Of a stretch of DNA of 32,386 nucleotides, positions 9,170 through 19,309 are shown piece by piece. A model generated the notes under the pieces. The model saw only the letters and a program-made list of their open reading frames with translations, searched no databases and was not told the origin of the DNA. Numbering within the stretch: position 1 is the first letter of the stretch; each line of letters begins with the position of its first letter. This DNA is from an uncultured cyanobacterium (GTDB lineage Bacteria > Cyanobacteriota > Cyanobacteriia > Cyanobacteriales > Microcystaceae). The stretch is taken from contig CAWEDJ010000064.1 in NCBI GenBank assembly GCA_963807635.1, positions 1 to 32,386 on the forward strand, given 5' to 3'. A program made the translations under genes and the position numbers.

Positions 9170-11536
9170 ATGGATAAAAAGCACCTTTCTGAGCGGGATA
9201 TTTGTACAAAATTTATTACCCCTGCTTTAGAAAGGGCTGGCTGGGACATTCTAACCCAGGTTCGAGAAGAGTTTTCGTTGACGAATGGCCGCATTATCGT
9301 TCGGGGGCAGCTTCATACCCGTGCAAAGAACAAACGGGCCGACTATGTTTTGTTCTATAAACCTAATATTCCCATCGCGGTGATTGAGGCCAAAGACAAT
9401 AATCATTCCGTTGGGGATGGAATGCAGCAAGCTTTAGTTTATGCCGATATGCTGCAAGTTCCCTTTGTCTTTAGTTCCAATGGAGATCGCGTCCTTTTCC
9501 ATAACAAAATCAATACTGACGGCATTCTAGAACAAGAATTAGAATTTGATAAAATGCCGTCACCCGATGCTTTGTGGCGTTTATGGTCTGATCATCAGGG
9601 TTTCACGGAAAATCAAGCAGCCGTTGTTAGCCAAGACTATTACAGTGATGGCAGTAATAAAACGCCCCGTTATTATCAGCTTTTAGCGATCAATAAAACG
9701 ATTGAGGCGATCGCGAAAGGACAAAACCGAATTTTGTTAGTTATGGCGACGGGGACAGGAAAAACCTTTACGGCTTTCCAAATTATTTGGCGATTGTGGA
9801 AGTCGAAAACGAAAAAGCGGATTTTGTTTCTCGCAGACCGCAATATCTTAGTCGATCAGACCATGACCAATGATTTTAAACCGTTTGGTTCGGCAATGAC
9901 CAAGATCCAGAAGCGTCAGGCAAACAAATCCTTTGAAATCTATCTTTGTCTCTATCAAGCGGTAACGGGAAACGAAGAAGAGAAAAATATCTATAAGCAA
10001 TTTAGCCCAGGCTTTTTCGACCTGATTGTCATTGATGAATGTCATCGAGGAAGTGCGGCTGAAGATTCTTCCTGGCGAGAAATTCTGGAATATTTTTCCA
10101 ATGCGACCCAAATTGGTTTAACCGCAACGCCCAAGGAAACGAAAGAAGTCTCTAACATTGATTATTTTGGGGAACCGATTTACACCTATTCTCTCCGTCA
10201 AGGCATTGATGACGGTTTTCTTGCCCCTTATAAGGTCATCCGTATTGATTTAGATAAGGATTTATTGGGATGGCGGCCAACGAAAGGCATGAAGGATAAA
10301 TACGGCAACGAAATTGAAGATCGGATTTACAACCAAAAGGATTTTGACAAAAATTTAGTCCTAGAAAAACGAACGAAATTAGTCGCACAAAAAATTACAG
10401 AATATTTGGAATCGACCAATCGTTTCGATAAAACTATCGTATTTTGCGAAAATATTGACCATGCGGAACGAATGCGGCAGGCTCTCAACAATGCTAACAA
10501 CGATTTAGCCGCAGCAAACTCTAAATATGTTATGCGAATTACGGGAGATAACAAAGAAGGCAAGGATGAGTTGGATAACTTTATTTTTCCTGAAAGTGTT
10601 TACCCAGTCATTGCGACCACTTCCAAGTTAATGACAACGGGCGTGGATGCTCAAACGTGTAAGTTAATTGTTCTGGATCAACAAATTCAATCAATGACGG
10701 AGTTCAAGCAAATTATTGGTCGAGGAACGCGAATTAACGAGGATTTTAATAAATTTTTCTTTACTATCATCGATTTTAAACAAGCAACTAGACTTTTTGC
10801 TGATCCGAATTTTGATGGCGACCCCGTACAGATTTATGAACCGAAAGACGATGACCCCATTTTGCCGCCTGATCCAACTGATAATAGTTCCGATACCTCA
10901 GAAGAAGAAAGGGAATCTAAGCCAAAGGAAACGGATTTTGATGGGGATGACACGGGAGGAGGCGATCCAAATCCGATTAAGCGTTACGTGGTCGGTAATG
11001 TGGAAGTGTCCGTTATTTCGGAACGGATTCAATATTTTGATGCAGATGGCAAATTAATCACTGAATCGTTAAAGGATTACACCCGCAAGACGTTAACGAA
11101 GGAATTTGACTCATTAGAAGATTTTCTACGTCGATGGAGTGCGGCCGATAAGAAACAGGCAATTATTGAAGAATTAAGAAAAGAAGGAATCTTTTTTGAA
11201 GAGTTAGCCCAAGAAATCGGGCGGGATTGCGATCCCTTTGATCTCATCTGTCACATTGTTTGGGATGTTCCCCCACTGAGTCGCCAGGAAAGGGCTAGGG
11301 AGGTCAAAAAACGTAATTATTTCACTAAATACGGTGAACAGGCCAGACGAGTCTTAGAGGCTTTATTGGATAAATATGCTGATGAAGGCATTGAACCAAT
11401 GGAAGAACCCCAGATTCTCACGATCGCGCCGTTTAATCAAATTGGAACCCCAGTGGAGATTGCTAAGGCATTCGGTGGGTTTGAAGGGTATCAAAAAGCA
11501 GTCTGGGAATTACAAAGGGAACTCTACAGCGCATAA
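9170..11536 (+). CDS. hsdR: Type I restriction enzyme subunit R (EcoAI/EcoEI-like, type IB)
   Basis: Nuclease RADYVL..IEAK, Walker [24 protein letters not shown] and QIIGRGTR. 788 aa, intact. Confidence 0.95.
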   Translation: MDKKHLSERDICTKFITPALERAGWDILTQVREEFSLTNGRIIVRGQLHTRAKNKRADYVLFYKPNIPIAVIEAKDNNHSVGDGMQQALVYADMLQVPFVFSSNGDRVLFHNKINTDGILEQELEFDKMPSPDALWRLWSDHQGFTENQAAVVSQDYYSDGSNKTPRYYQLLAINKTIEAIAKGQNRILLVMATGTGKTFTAFQIIWRLWKSKTKKRILFLADRNILVDQTMTNDFKPFGSAMTKIQKRQANKSFEIYLCLYQAVTGNEEEKNIYKQFSPGFFDLIVIDECHRGSAAEDSSWREILEYFSNATQIGLTATPKETKEVSNIDYFGEPIYTYSLRQGIDDGFLAPYKVIRIDLDKDLLGWRPTKGMKDKYGNEIEDRIYNQKDFDKNLVLEKRTKLVAQKITEYLESTNRFDKTIVFCENIDHAERMRQALNNANNDLAAANSKYVMRITGDNKEGKDELDNFIFPESVYPVIATTSKLMTTGVDAQTCKLIVLDQQIQSMTEFKQIIGRGTRINEDFNKFFFTIIDFKQATRLFADPNFDGDPVQIYEPKDDDPILPPDPTDNSSDTSEEERESKPKETDFDGDDTGGGDPNPIKRYVVGNVEVSVISERIQYFDADGKLITESLKDYTRKTLTKEFDSLEDFLRRWSAADKKQAIIEELRKEGIFFEELAQEIGRDCDPFDLICHIVWDVPPLSRQERAREVKKRNYFTKYGEQARRVLEALLDKYADEGIEPMEEPQILTIAPFNQIGTPVEIAKAFGGFEGYQKAVWELQRELYSA

Positions 11537-11567
11537 TGGGTAAGGATTCAGGATTAATAGGAAAACT

Positions 11568-13013
11568 ATGGCGATCGCGACACTGGTTAAGAGTATTCAA
11601 GACATCATGCGAAAAGATACGGGCGTTGATGGCGATGCTCAAAGGATTAGCCAGTTAGTTTGGTTGTTATTTCTCAAGATTTTTGACGATAAAGAGCAGG
11701 AATGGCAATTTACCGTTCGGGGTTACAAGTCGCCCTTAGCAGAAAAATATCGTTGGTCAAACTGGGCCAAAAATCCAGAGGGCATGACGGGAGAGGACTT
11801 AATCGCCTTTATCAATAACGATTTGTTTCCTGCATTGAAGAATTTGGCGACGGCGGCGGGAGTCTCCAATCATGGAAAAGTGGTGGGGTCGGTGTTTCAG
11901 GATGCCTACAATTACATGAAGTCGGGGACGTTACTCCGTCAGGTAATCAATGTTATTGAAACGGATTTAGATTTTAATTCTTCCAGCGATCGCCACTTAT
12001 TCAATGATATTTACGAAAAAATTCTGGCGGATTTACAATCGGCAGGCAACGCTGGGGAATATTACACCCCTAGAGCCGTAACGCAATTTATGGTGGATAT
12101 TCTCGCTCCGCAATTGGGAGAATCGTTGTTAGATCCTGCCTGTGGAACGGGGGGATTTTTAACGTGTACCATTGAGCATTTAAAAAAGCAGGTCAAGAAT
12201 CCTGATGATAGTAACTTGATGCAAGCGACGATTCATGGTGTCGAGAAAAAGCCGTTGCCTCATATGTTAGCGATGACCAATATGATGTTGCATGGCATTG
12301 ATGTTCCCACCAATATCCGCCACGATAATACGCTCAGTCGTCCGCTAAAGGATTACGGTCTAACGGAACGAGTCGATGTCATTATTACCAATCCGCCCTT
12401 TGGAGGCATGGAGGAAGATGGTATTGAAAATAATTTTCCCAAGAAGTACCAAACACGGGAAACAGCCGATTTATTTATGGCGTTGATCATGCACCTGTTA
12501 AAGAAAGAAGGGGGTCGCGCTGGGGTGGTGTTGCCTGATGGTTTCTTATTTGGGGAAGGGGTTAAAACGACGATTAAGCAAGAATTGTTAGCGGAATTTA
12601 ATCTCCATACCATTGTGCGATTACCGAAAGGGGTTTTTAGTCCTTATACGGGAATTAATACCAATATTCTCTTTTTTGAGAAGGGGCAACCGACGGAAAC
12701 GATCTGGTTTTTTGAGCATCCTTATCCAGAGGGTTATAAATCCTATTCCCGTCGCAATCCTTTAACTATTGCTGAGTTTGATCGGGAAAAGGCTTGGTGG
12801 AAGAACCGAGAGGCAAATGAGTATGCTTGGCAGGTGTCAGCGCAGGAAATCGCGGCCCGAAATTACAATTTAGATTGCAAAAATCCCCATGAGGTGACGG
12901 TGGATCACGGTGATCCGTCGGAGTTGATGGCGGAATTTATGGAAATTGCTGAAGAGATGGCAGCGATTCAGTCGGCATTGAAGCAGGAGTTAATGGAGGC
13001 TTTGGGGAGTTAA
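11568..13013 (+). CDS. hsdM: Type I R-M N6-adenine methyltransferase subunit M
   Basis: GEYYTPR, DPACGTGGFL, NPPF, VLPDGFLF and IVRLPKGVF. 481 aa, intact. Confidence 0.95.
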   Translation: MAIATLVKSIQDIMRKDTGVDGDAQRISQLVWLLFLKIFDDKEQEWQFTVRGYKSPLAEKYRWSNWAKNPEGMTGEDLIAFINNDLFPALKNLATAAGVSNHGKVVGSVFQDAYNYMKSGTLLRQVINVIETDLDFNSSSDRHLFNDIYEKILADLQSAGNAGEYYTPRAVTQFMVDILAPQLGESLLDPACGTGGFLTCTIEHLKKQVKNPDDSNLMQATIHGVEKKPLPHMLAMTNMMLHGIDVPTNIRHDNTLSRPLKDYGLTERVDVIITNPPFGGMEEDGIENNFPKKYQTRETADLFMALIMHLLKKEGGRAGVVLPDGFLFGEGVKTTIKQELLAEFNLHTIVRLPKGVFSPYTGINTNILFFEKGQPTETIWFFEHPYPEGYKSYSRRNPLTIAEFDREKAWWKNREANEYAWQVSAQEIAARNYNLDCKNPHEVTVDHGDPSELMAEFMEIAEEMAAIQSALKQELMEALGS

Positions 13014-13052
13014 TGGGGGATATGAATCTGTTATCACAATAAATTTTTAAAT

Positions 13053-13131
13053 GCCCCCTAAATCCCCCAATTCTGGGGGACTTTCAATTTTCAATTACTG
13101 ATTCCCCCCAAAGTTGGGGGGCTAGGGGGGC
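13053..13131. repeat. Cyanobacterial short dispersed palindromic repeat (paired G/C-rich hairpins)
   Basis: GCCCCCTAAATCCCCCAATTCTGGGGGACTT and TCCCCCCAAAGTTGGGGGGCTAGGGGGGC each form a hairpin, and their outer arms pair with each other. Confidence 0.75.
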
Positions 13132-13187
13132 GAAAATATACTTTAAATTAGCAACACATTTCAAAAAAAGTATGATGTATTCTGTTA

Positions 13188-13208
13188 AAATTATATTTTG
13201 TATAATTT
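13188..13208 (+). promoter_or_regulatory. Putative TA promoter -10 box with overlapping palindromic operator
   Basis: AAATTATA-ttttg-TATAATTT is a perfect 8-bp inverted repeat containing TATAAT (13201-13206), 8 nt before the antitoxin ATG. No Shine-Dalgarno. Confidence 0.6.
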
Positions 13209-13214
13209 ACGGCG

Positions 13215-13469
13215 ATGGATATTGAGTTAAAAAAATGGGGTAATAGTTTGGGGTTACGGATTCCCCATCGGTTAGCCACGAGTTTGGATCTAGATGACAC
13301 GACTGTTGTAGAGTTATTGGAAACGGAGGAGGGTTTAGTTATTCGCAAGAAGAAGCGGCCTTCTGCTGATCTTCAAGCGTTATTAGCCACGATTCCCGCC
13401 GATTTTACCTATCCCGATGATGTGAAGGATTTTGTTGAGGGTGGGGCGATCGCGAGAGAAATGCTATGA
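13215..13469 (+). CDS. mazE: AbrB/MazE-family antitoxin
   Basis: KKWGNSLGLRIP signature, LQALLATI and a terminal ..REML. Overlaps the toxin start by 4 nt (ATGA). Confidence 0.9.
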   Translation: MDIELKKWGNSLGLRIPHRLATSLDLDDTTVVELLETEEGLVIRKKKRPSADLQALLATIPADFTYPDDVKDFVEGGAIAREML

Positions 13470-13822
13470 ATGCTGAAAAAAATCTGTTTCCTGAGAGGGG
13501 GGCAATTATTCGCATTAATCTGAATCCGACTCAGGGCAGGGAGCAAATGGGGGAAGCTCGACCTTGTTTGGTGTTGAGTCACACGGCATTTAATCAAGCT
13601 AGAAATGGTCTGGTGATTATTTCTCCGATTACGAATACCATTAAGCCTGAAATTCAAACCCTGATACCGATTCCTGATGGTTATAAAACGACGGGTTCGG
13701 TGATTGCGGAACAGATTCGCACAGTTGATTTAAGTGGACGCTGGTGGAAAAATACAGGGGAGGTGCTTTCTGACAGTTTTGTGGACAAGGTGGTTGGGAT
13801 TCTCAGGGTCATTATTGATTAG
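13466..13822 (+). CDS. mazF: PemK/MazF-family endoribonuclease toxin
   Basis: PERGAII..LNPTQGREQ...RPCLVLS...FN, PITN and EQIRTVD. Confidence 0.9.
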   Translation: MNAEKNLFPERGAIIRINLNPTQGREQMGEARPCLVLSHTAFNQARNGLVIISPITNTIKPEIQTLIPIPDGYKTTGSVIAEQIRTVDLSGRWWKNTGEVLSDSFVDKVVGILRVIID

Positions 13823-13834
13823 TTGAATTAAAAA

Positions 13835-15538
13835 ATGGAAGCTCAAGTTTTATTAGATAAGTATTTTGAAGTGGCGTTTTCGGCTCCTGATGGGGTAAAA
13901 AAGTTACGGGAGTTAATTTTAAGTTTGGCGATGCAGGGAAAGCTTGTACCGCAAGATCCGAGTGATCAGCCTGCTAGTGAGTTATTAAAGGAAATTGAAG
14001 TAGAAAAAGAAAGATTAATTAAGGAAGGAAAAATTAAAAAATCAAAGCCGTTACCAGAAATTACATCTGATGAAATTCCTTATGATTTGCCAAAAAGTTG
14101 GGAATGGGTACGATTAGGAGCAATAGGTGAAACTCAAACAGGCAATACCCCACCAACAAAAGATATAGAAAATTTTGGCGACTTTATTCCTTTTATTAAT
14201 CCTGGAGATATTAAAAATTATAATATTAACTACTTTAATAATGGGTTATCAGAAATAGGTTTATTGAAAAGCCGATTAATCAAAAAGAATTCAATTCTTA
14301 TGGTCTGTATTGGAGGCAGCATTGGAAAACATGCAATTAATAATAGAGATGTAACTTGTAATCAACAGATTAATACAACTACACCTTACTTTAATTCTAT
14401 AAAATTCATTTTCTTTGCAATGGCAGAGAATTTTTTTCAAAAATTAATAATTAATCAGTCAGGTGGATCGGCAACGCCAATAATTAATAAACAAAAATGG
14501 TCACTAATTCCTATTCCTTTACCTCCATTAAAAGAGCAAAATCGAATTGTTGAAAGAATTGATCGCTTAATGGAACAGTGCGATCGCCTAGAAAAACTTA
14601 GAAAAGAACATCATCAAAAACGCCTTATTATCCACACTGCCGCCCGCGATCGCTTATTAAACTCGACCGATCAAAATAGCTTAAGTCAATCTTGGAACTT
14701 TATAAACAATAACTTTGGCGAACTCTATTCAGTTAAAGAAAATGTCAGCGAACTTCGCAAAATAATTCTACAATTAGCCGTAATGGGTAAACTCGTTCCC
14801 CAAGATCCTAATGATCCTCCTGCCAGTGAATTATTAAAGGAAATTGAAGCGGAAAAACAAAAATTAATTCAAGAAGGAAAAGTAAAAAAACAAAAAACTT
14901 TGCCAGAAATTAAATTTGATGAAATTCTTTATGAAATACCAAAAACTTGGGAATGGACACAACTTAATTTTTTAAATCCTGAATATCAAAATGGAATTTC
15001 TAAAAGAGATGCAAATATAGGTGAAGAAATAATTGTTTTACGCCTAGCAGATATTAATAAAAATAAGATTTCTCTTGCAAATACTCGCAGTATAAAACTT
15101 ACAGATAATGAAAAGAAAAAGTATTTACTTGAAGAAAACGATCTTTTAATTATAAGAGTTAATGGGAGTGTTGATTTAGTTGGGAATTTTATTCATGTTT
15201 CATCTTCTTCAGGCAAAATTAGCTATTGTGATCATTTTATTCGCATGAAATTTAAAAAAAATATAGTACACATTAATTACATTTGTTTAATTGCTAAGAG
15301 TAGATTAATTAGAAAACAAATTGAAGAAAAATTTGTAACAACGGCAGGACAAAAAACGGTTAACCAAACACACATTAATACATTATTATTTCCTCTTCCT
15401 CCTCTTCCAGAACAATATCGCATTGTCGCCAAGATTGATCAACTTATGAAAATGTGCGATCAACTAGAACAACAAATTGAGCAATCCACCGATAAACGAA
15501 CCAAAATATTAAACGCAATTCTCAGTAACATTCAGTAA
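13835..15538 (+). CDS. hsdS: Type I R-M specificity subunit S (two TRDs, EcoAI-like layout)
   Basis: LAxxGKLVPQDPxDxPASELLKEIE, PKxWEW and PLPPLxEQxRIV each occur twice, flanking two AT-rich variable regions. Confidence 0.95.
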   Translation: MEAQVLLDKYFEVAFSAPDGVKKLRELILSLAMQGKLVPQDPSDQPASELLKEIEVEKERLIKEGKIKKSKPLPEITSDEIPYDLPKSWEWVRLGAIGETQTGNTPPTKDIENFGDFIPFINPGDIKNYNINYFNNGLSEIGLLKSRLIKKNSILMVCIGGSIGKHAINNRDVTCNQQINTTTPYFNSIKFIFFAMAENFFQKLIINQSGGSATPIINKQKWSLIPIPLPPLKEQNRIVERIDRLMEQCDRLEKLRKEHHQKRLIIHTAARDRLLNSTDQNSLSQSWNFINNNFGELYSVKENVSELRKIILQLAVMGKLVPQDPNDPPASELLKEIEAEKQKLIQEGKVKKQKTLPEIKFDEILYEIPKTWEWTQLNFLNPEYQNGISKRDANIGEEIIVLRLADINKNKISLANTRSIKLTDNEKKKYLLEENDLLIIRVNGSVDLVGNFIHVSSSSGKISYCDHFIRMKFKKNIVHINYICLIAKSRLIRKQIEEKFVTTAGQKTVNQTHINTLLFPLPPLPEQYRIVAKIDQLMKMCDQLEQQIEQSTDKRTKILNAILSNIQ

Positions 15539-15613
15539 AATTGAATCATGAATATAAAAAATCAAAAATTATGCTAATTCAGAAAATAAGCAGGACAAAG
15601 TTATTAAACATAC

Positions 15614-16153
15614 TCATTTAATTAACTCCACCGCATCCCGTCCATCAAAATCTTGTAAATAGACTTTCACCTGTTCCTCTGAAGCTGTGGGCAGTTTTTT
15701 CCCAATAAAATCAGGATGAATCGGTAATTCTCGATGACCGCGATCAACCAAGCTCAAAAGACGAATCACCTGGGGTCTGCCGTATTCCGTCACTGCATTC
15801 AGCGCGGCCCGAATAGTTCTACCTTTATAAATCACATCATCCACTAAAACCACCGTTTTTCCTGTTAAATCAACAGGAATTTTACTTTTAGCAGGCGTTC
15901 GGGTTTTAATGCGATCCAAATCATCCCGATAAAACGTCACATCGATCGCACCGACGGGGACTTTAATGTGTTCCAAAAGTTCAATCTGTTGAGCGATCAG
16001 ATAGGCCAAAGGAACGCCTCTGGTATAAATGCCCAGGAGAACCAATTGGGACAGATCTCCCGATTTTTCGATTAATTGGGAAGCCAATCGGGTAATGGTG
16101 CGTCGAATCTCTTCAGCAGAGAGGATTTCAATGATTTGGGTTGACATAATCAC
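15614..16153 (-). CDS. pyrR: Bifunctional pyr regulator / uracil phosphoribosyltransferase
   Basis: [37 protein letters not shown] and DRGHRELPI. Confidence 0.95.
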   Translation of the reverse strand: MIMSTQIIEILSAEEIRRTITRLASQLIEKSGDLSQLVLLGIYTRGVPLAYLIAQQIELLEHIKVPVGAIDVTFYRDDLDRIKTRTPAKSKIPVDLTGKTVVLVDDVIYKGRTIRAALNAVTEYGRPQVIRLLSLVDRGHRELPIHPDFIGKKLPTASEEQVKVYLQDFDGRDAVELIK

Positions 16154-16215
16154 AACACAGAGAAGTAAGAGCCATTATGACAGTCTAACGATTCCCTGAA
16201 CCAGAATGGATCGCA

Positions 16216-17754
16216 TTAGCTCAAAACGTCTAATTCTAGGCTAGAAAGATCGAGAGCTTCAAAGGGTTGTAGAAAATCCTTTAATCGGCTCACCATACGA
16301 GCAATGCCACCTGGAGCATTAGATTCAACCTTAAGGGGAATAATGGGATCATGGAGCGATAATCGCAGTAAAAACCAGCCGTTTTCTTCACTTATGGGAC
16401 AAGATACCCGCACTCCTTCATAATTATTGGGGACTATTTTCCAGTCAGGTTGCTCGGCTGCAAATTCGCTTAATTTTTCGATAACGCGATCGCCGTAGGT
16501 TCTAAAATCCTCTGTATTGATTTTGATACGAAATTCTTCACTTTCTACGGGTTCTTTGAGATTAGCGATTAAATCCGTCAGAGATTTTCCCTCTAGTCTT
16601 AATTTGGCAAATTCGATCACCAGTTTTGTGACTAAATAGGCTCCATCATCCAGAAAATAATTTTCCTTCATGGCTCCATGTCCCGATGTTTCGATCGCGA
16701 GCCAAGATTCTTGACCGATTTCATTGAGACGAATGGCTTCATTAATCACATTTTTGTAACCCCGTTTAAAGCGTTGATGAATGCCCCCCAAATCCTGCTC
16801 GATAAATTCGGTCAGGCCGTCGGAGGTAATGGAATCGGTAACGATAGTAGAATCTGGATGCTCTTTTAAAACGATCGCGGAAATTAACGCAATCAATCGA
16901 TTACGGTTCAGTTCATTTCCCTCGGAATCCACTGCCGCACCGCGATCCACGTCCGTATCAAAAATAATCCCTAAATCTGCTTGATTGTCTAATACCGCCT
17001 GACAAATAGACGCGATCGCGGTTTTATCTTCGGGGTTCGGAATATGGTTGGGAAAAGAACCATCGGGATCGAGAAACTGGCTTCCCGTTGTATCCGCGCC
17101 CAAAGGTTGTAATACCTTATCTGCATAGAAACCGCCCGCCCCATTTCCTGCATCCACAATAATTTTTAAACCCTTCAGAGGTTGATCAAAATTTTCAGGA
17201 TGATTAACGCCTGTCCGAATTTTTTGTGCTAACCCCTCGGAATATACGGAGATAAAATCTCGTTGTTCAGTATTACCCTTAGACAAACTACTTTCAAATG
17301 TATGGTTTTCTGCTAACTCCAAAATTTCAGTAATATCTTGTTTTTCTAGTCCACCTTTTGTAGTGAAGAATTTTAAACCATTGCGATTAAAGGGTAAATG
17401 GCTCGCGGTCAACATAATCGCCCCATCACAAGCAAAATCGGGATGAATCGTACTCATAAACATGGCGGGCGTGGAAGCCAGGTCAAAATCATAAACCTGA
17501 CTACCCATCTCGCTCATTCCTGCCATTAATGACTGCATTAAAACAGGGCCAGATAAGCGACTATCTCGTCCAACGGAAATGACCAACTCTGTCGCCGTTT
17601 TGCCTAATTTCCCTGCTAACCAGCAAACAAAGGCTTTTCCTAAAATGGCGGTTACATCAGGGGTCAGGTTCACCGCTTCATTTGGCACACCTGCGATCGC
17701 GACTCCGCGCATATCGGAACCGTTTTGTAATTTTTTCCAGTTGAAGCTATCCAT
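16216..17754 (-). CDS. Phosphomannomutase/phosphoglucomutase
   Basis: GSDMRG, TASHLP (phosphoserine), FDTDVDR metal loop and IETSGH. Confidence 0.9.
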   Translation of the reverse strand: MDSFNWKKLQNGSDMRGVAIAGVPNEAVNLTPDVTAILGKAFVCWLAGKLGKTATELVISVGRDSRLSGPVLMQSLMAGMSEMGSQVYDFDLASTPAMFMSTIHPDFACDGAIMLTASHLPFNRNGLKFFTTKGGLEKQDITEILELAENHTFESSLSKGNTEQRDFISVYSEGLAQKIRTGVNHPENFDQPLKGLKIIVDAGNGAGGFYADKVLQPLGADTTGSQFLDPDGSFPNHIPNPEDKTAIASICQAVLDNQADLGIIFDTDVDRGAAVDSEGNELNRNRLIALISAIVLKEHPDSTIVTDSITSDGLTEFIEQDLGGIHQRFKRGYKNVINEAIRLNEIGQESWLAIETSGHGAMKENYFLDDGAYLVTKLVIEFAKLRLEGKSLTDLIANLKEPVESEEFRIKINTEDFRTYGDRVIEKLSEFAAEQPDWKIVPNNYEGVRVSCPISEENGWFLLRLSLHDPIIPLKVESNAPGGIARMVSRLKDFLQPFEALDLSSLELDVLS

Positions 17755-18037
17755 CGTGATTTTTACCTTTGATTAACCTTTATTACTATATACAAACCAT
17801 TAAAGCCAGAACAATCTCTCATCTCAAGAAAACGAAACCGCTTTACTCAAGATTATTTAGAGAACTCTCCAAAGAGGAGCGTCTTGTTGTCAAAGATTTC
17901 AGTGATATAGACGCCCCAAAAAACATACCAGCGCAATAAATTTTTATTTCTAGACATTGCCATTACTCACGATAGAAAGCAAAGCACACTTGGGCAAAAA
18001 CAAAGTTTTATTTTGGATAAAATCGCCCCTCCACGAT

Positions 18038-18125
18038 ATTTAAAGTTTCTTTATATACACTTTAAATACTCTTTATATATTCTTTAAATACTCTTTATAT
18101 TATTTGTAAGCTGTCTTTAAAAAAG
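18038..18125. repeat. 11-bp-period direct repeat array (CTTTAWAT core), probably regulatory
   Basis: CTTTATATACA 18049, CTTTAAATACT 18060, CTTTATATATT 18071, CTTTAAATACT 18082 and CTTTATATTAT 18093. In-phase degenerate units lie at 18038, 18104 and 18115. Confidence 0.75.
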
Positions 18126-18312
18126 CCTGTTTTTTAGTCATCCCAGATTCCTAAAAGCCTTGTCTACAAAGGATTTGAGTATTATTAAATGGGCTTTATG
18201 ACTTCGTTAAAATATCTTTACAAATAAGTTTTAATCGAGCTTATTCATGACAAAAGACAATTTCCGTATATATACTTAAATAAGAGAAGAATAAAAGGCG
18301 AGCAAAAACAAA

Positions 18313-19221
18313 ATGTTTAACGGATTAAAAATTCAAACCAATTCAAGCAAATTTTTATCCCTTGTCGGTGGAGCAACCATCGCTGCCGCGACTTTAGTTT
18401 TGACTGGGAGCATATTACCCGCCAGTGCCGCGTCTATCACCTACAGCACCTGGGCAAATATTGGGCCTGTAACCGTTGGCGATAAAGATAATGGAAACTT
18501 TAGCTTAAAAATTACTGGCGGTGCGGATTCGACGGTTGGGCAAGCGGGACAAGTTTTATTTCAGTTTACATCTTCACTGGCTGATGGAATCTACATCCCG
18601 ACCGTCTATTTTTATGATAATGCTGGGTTATTCAAAAAAACAGGGAATGAGTACAATGCCTCTGTTTCGACTACATTCAGTGATGCTGTTGCTAATACCT
18701 CTTCCTATAGCGGATTAAGCTTTGATTATGATAACAATGCTAATTTACCTCAAGGTTCTTCAATTACCTTGACTAATGGTTCTTCCTTGGGGAAAGCATC
18801 CTTTGGTTTTAATAAAAGCGGAGGAAATAAAAACACAATTTCAGGAGGAGAAACATTAGGAATATTAGTTGATTTAGCAGCTGATAAAAGTTTCACCGAT
18901 GTTTTAAATAGCCTCACCAAAAATAGTGATTTCATTGTTGCTGCCCACCTTACTGGTTATAGCGGATCTCAAGCTAGTGATACATTCTATTACGGCAATC
19001 CTTACACTACTACTCCTGGAACGGATAGCGCGATTTTCTACGACAGCTACAAAACCCCTACCGATCCCAATCCTGACACAAAAACAACTGCTCCTGCTTC
19101 CGCTCCTGGAACGGCAGTTCCTGAACCCCTCACAATCTTGGGTGCGGCAACGGCGGCGGGTTTTGGTGCTTCTTTCAAACGACGCTTGGCAAACGCAAAA
19201 GGCAATCAAAAAGGGGACTAA
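18313..19221 (+). CDS. PEP-CTERM sorting domain surface protein
   Basis: Signal peptide ending PASA|AS, S/T/G/N-rich body, T/P linker, then VPEPLTILGAATAAGFGASFKRRL. Confidence 0.92.
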   Translation: MFNGLKIQTNSSKFLSLVGGATIAAATLVLTGSILPASAASITYSTWANIGPVTVGDKDNGNFSLKITGGADSTVGQAGQVLFQFTSSLADGIYIPTVYFYDNAGLFKKTGNEYNASVSTTFSDAVANTSSYSGLSFDYDNNANLPQGSSITLTNGSSLGKASFGFNKSGGNKNTISGGETLGILVDLAADKSFTDVLNSLTKNSDFIVAAHLTGYSGSQASDTFYYGNPYTTTPGTDSAIFYDSYKTPTDPNPDTKTTAPASAPGTAVPEPLTILGAATAAGFGASFKRRLANAKGNQKGD

Positions 19222-19263
19222 AAATACCTAATAGTTTGTCTCTTTATAATTTTTAATCCAATC

Positions 19264-19309
19264 AAAAAAAGCTTGCTCAAGATTTTAATGAAATCCAGCG
19301 AGTTTTTTT
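19264..19309 (+). terminator. Intrinsic terminator after the PEP-CTERM gene (possibly bidirectional)
   Basis: A7-GCTTGCT..GATTT-TAATG-AAATC..AGCGAG-T7 hairpin, 43 nt after the stop. Confidence 0.65.

Noticed and set aside
17876..17916. Hairpin (GCGTCT...AGACGC) as an sRNA
   Set aside because: It has only a 6-bp perfect stem, with no clear promoter or recognisable family.
18038..18125. CRISPR array or plasmid iterons
   Set aside because: Units are contiguous 11-mers without spacers, and there is no cas or rep gene nearby.
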